Assembly: GCA_002104945.1 (NCBI GenBank)
Contig: MCFH01000012.1
Location: forward strand, 124,001 to 188,000
Direction of reading: 5' to 3'
Origin: Piromyces finnis finn
Lineage: Eukaryota > Fungi > Neocallimastigomycota
Length of the DNA stretch: 64,000 nt
Shown: one piece after another, positions 61,383 through 64,000 of the stretch
Numbering within the stretch: the first letter of the stretch is position 1
Layout: the number at the start of each line of letters is the position of its first letter
Notes under the pieces: model-generated
Database searches by the model: none
Told to the model about the DNA's origin: nothing
The model's input: the letters and a program-made list of their open reading frames with translations, nothing else
Program-made: the position numbers and the translations under genes

Positions 61383-61641
61383 TGTAATATTGACACTAAA
61401 AGAATAAATTAGGATATCTATTCTATTACAATAACACTAAATTTAAAATAAAAAATAAAAATTGTTTTATTAAAAAAATATCTTTTATTATAATAGAAAT
61501 TTTATTAATAACAATTACATCGATGAAATAATGAAAAATATCTTCTATTTATATTTTTCCTAAATACATTTATATTATATTATAACTATTTATTTCTTAT
61601 ATATTATTATTTAAAATCTACACTAAAATATTAATTATTAA
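61383..61641 (-). mobile_element. Partial family-B-like LTR interrupting J gag
   Basis: TGTAATATTGACAC... aligns with the left 260 bp of B LTRs; cut by the LTR at 61642. Confidence 0.8.
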
Positions 61642-62362
61642 TGTAAAATAATAAATTTAAAACAGATTATTATTTTTACAATAAAACACAAAAAATATAA
61701 AAAAATCAAACACTAAAATTAATAAATAAAAACTTCAATTAATATTTCTTTTTAAAGGTTATTAACTATATAATAGTCAATAACAACTACGTTTATTTAA
61801 AATTTGGAAAAAAAAACATGTATTTATATGTTTTTTCATTTACATTCATTATATATATTTTTCATTCAATTATACATATATTTAATATAAAATAAGCAAA
61901 ACTAACTTAATACAAATTTAAATAAATAATAAAATAATAAAACTAAATTAAAACAAATTAAATACACTTTTGATTCAATTTGAGTAAACTGCAAATTGAA
62001 TACAGTCCATGTATTATTTATATATTATTTTAATATTAATAATACTATTTATTATATATTTGCTATTAAAAAAATACCAATTTAAAGCTACGCTAAAGTT
62101 ATTAAACTAATTTAATTAAATAAAAACTTTTTAAGATTTAATTTGAAAATTTAAAATATTTAAATTTAATTATCCATTAATTTAAATATTTATCCAAATT
62201 TCATTTACTAACCTTGATATTTTAAAATTAATTATTATTTAATTATTTCATAAAATTTATTGAATAAAATTTATAAATAATTTCCATTAAAATATCAAGA
62301 TTTTATTTATCAATTATTAATTAATTATTAAATAATTTAAAGATATATCTTATATCTTTACA
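61642..62362 (-). mobile_element. Family-A-relative LTR
   Basis: TGTAAAA...CTTTACA, similar to 11408-12134; flanks ATTAA/ATAAT do not match. Confidence 0.8.
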
Positions 62363-62510
62363 ATAATTTAATTAATAAAATTTAAAGAGATAAAACATTA
62401 ATCATAAAATAATTACTAAATTACTTTTGCTGGAAACAGTATGAATCGAACCTACGATAGTTTGACTCTTAGTATCTTACAACTAGGTCAAGTTTCTAAA
62501 TTTAATAATA

Positions 62511-63005
62511 TGTAAGAAATATTTGCGGCCATAAATTTGCCCACAAATATTTCAATTGAAACCATATATTCTGGTTATCATTTATTGACCAGAATTATGC
62601 ATAATCATATATTAATGGTTATTAATTAAATAGAAAGTTTATTTGCTTTACCCATTCAAGTGGTAAAGGAAATAAACTAGTATAGTTAAATAGTATAGTG
62701 TAAACAAGTGCTAAATACTTTAGCGTTAGTATTAAAGTTAATAACTATAATAATAAATAATGTATAATAATTATAACTACTAAATAAAAGGTATAATTAT
62801 AAATATTATTATGAAATAAATTTACTTAAATAATTATTTTTTTGTTTATATCTATTTTTGTGTTATAATATTTATTTTAGTTCTTTTATTATTTTTTATA
62901 AAACTTTATTTAGTTATTAGCTCGTATAGAGAGGTAATAACTAACTTAATTAACTTATTTAATAACTTATTAACTACTTTATAATAAACCTTTTATATAA
63001 TAAAT
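62511..63005 (+). repeat. LTR-like repeat family I
   Basis: Inverted homolog of 13365-13869. Confidence 0.7.
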
Positions 63006-63364
63006 GATAAAGAATGAATGTAAAATATTCTATACTACAATTCAGGTTTGTATACACTTTATTAACTAAACTCAAACTATAAATTATTTTTAATTATTAA
63101 ACTTTATTTATTAAACTATTTTAAACTAAGCTAAACTGAACAACCGTTGATTACTTTACCGTGAAGGTTATTTTACCAGAGCCCTCACTAGGTAATAAAT
63201 TTAATTATTTTAAACTAAAACTAACTAAACTAATTATTAACTAATGTTAATTTATCTATACTAAATTAACCTATACGATTTTCCAACTATCGTTTCAAAA
63301 ATTGAGAAATTTTCCTTATTTATACTTTTTAAATAAATTGAATTAATTCTAATATACATGTTTT

Positions 63365-64000
63365 TGTAAAGTGGGCTAGAATTGGTATGTAACTTTGTCA
63401 GAATGTTTTATATAATATAACTTAATTTACCAATAAAATATTAAACTTATTTATTATTAAATCTTTTCTCAGAACTTATTAAAGAATTTAAATAATACTA
63501 ATTTAAAAATTAAATAGGTTTTTATATTTAAAATAAGAATTTTAATATAATTTAATTATGAAATTTGTTTATTAATTATTTATTTATTAAGATAATATTT
63601 ATTAAGTTATATTATAATTAATAATTAATAATTAATAATCTTACAAAGAATTTCAAAATTGATTTCAATTCTTTGTTTAAATATTTTTTTCTTACATATA
63701 ATAAAATTACATTGATATTAATATTGATATTAATAATAAAGATAAAAATAAAATAATTTTAAATTAAAATATTAATAATTGATATTGATATTAATAATAT
63801 GAATTCATATGATAGATCTTAAGATTAATCTTTTAAATTACTTTTAAAATAAAAGTATTGTTTTAACCATTTTAAATTGTAAATATTTAATATTATAAAT
63901 TGAGAATAACAATTGATACTAATTATATATTCTCATGATTAATTAATTAATAATTATAACTAATGATTTTTGATCTAAAGGCTTTTTTTGGTTTGATTAT
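63365..64000. mobile_element. LTR H2, inverted relative to H1, runs off the window
   Basis: Starts TGTAAAGTGGGCTAG; reverse complement of about 19420-20056. Confidence 0.8.

Noticed and set aside
21004-61412. Many short ORFs antisense to or overlapping gag-pol (e.g. 21962, 23195, 33089, 39726, 45459, 54999, 60346)
   Set aside because: Shadow frames of retroelement coding sequence with no independent motifs.

Overview
Extremely AT-rich, intron-rich eukaryotic DNA; the composition, poly-T introns and retroelement content suggest an anaerobic gut fungus (Neocallimastigomycota; inference). The only clear host gene is a multi-exon UBC7-type ubiquitin-conjugating enzyme at the left edge, with its 3' end outside the window. 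Almost everything else is a retroelement nest: a LINE remnant, four full-length Ty3/gypsy elements (called B, C, E, F here) plus a fragmentary one (J), one Ty1/copia element (K) and about 15 solo or partial LTRs, most resolved with target-site duplications (TSDs). Highlights: (1) a gemini/genomovirus-like CRESS-DNA Rep (HUH nuclease + SF3 helicase) invisible as one ORF but reassembling in frame after removing two solo LTRs; it lies just inside a polypurine tract (PPT) + LTR and has a second, inverted partial copy, suggesting Rep cargo of a mobile LTR element; (2) Tf1-type 11-nt self-priming in two chromoviruses; (3) a copia element apparently primed by a tRNA-Lys(CUU) half; (4) repeated independent insertion at identical nucleotides and flush against pre-existing LTR ends; (5) conserved -1 frameshift signals and conserved leader blocks in the tRNA-primed gypsy elements. 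All alignments were made by eye; no database search was run.
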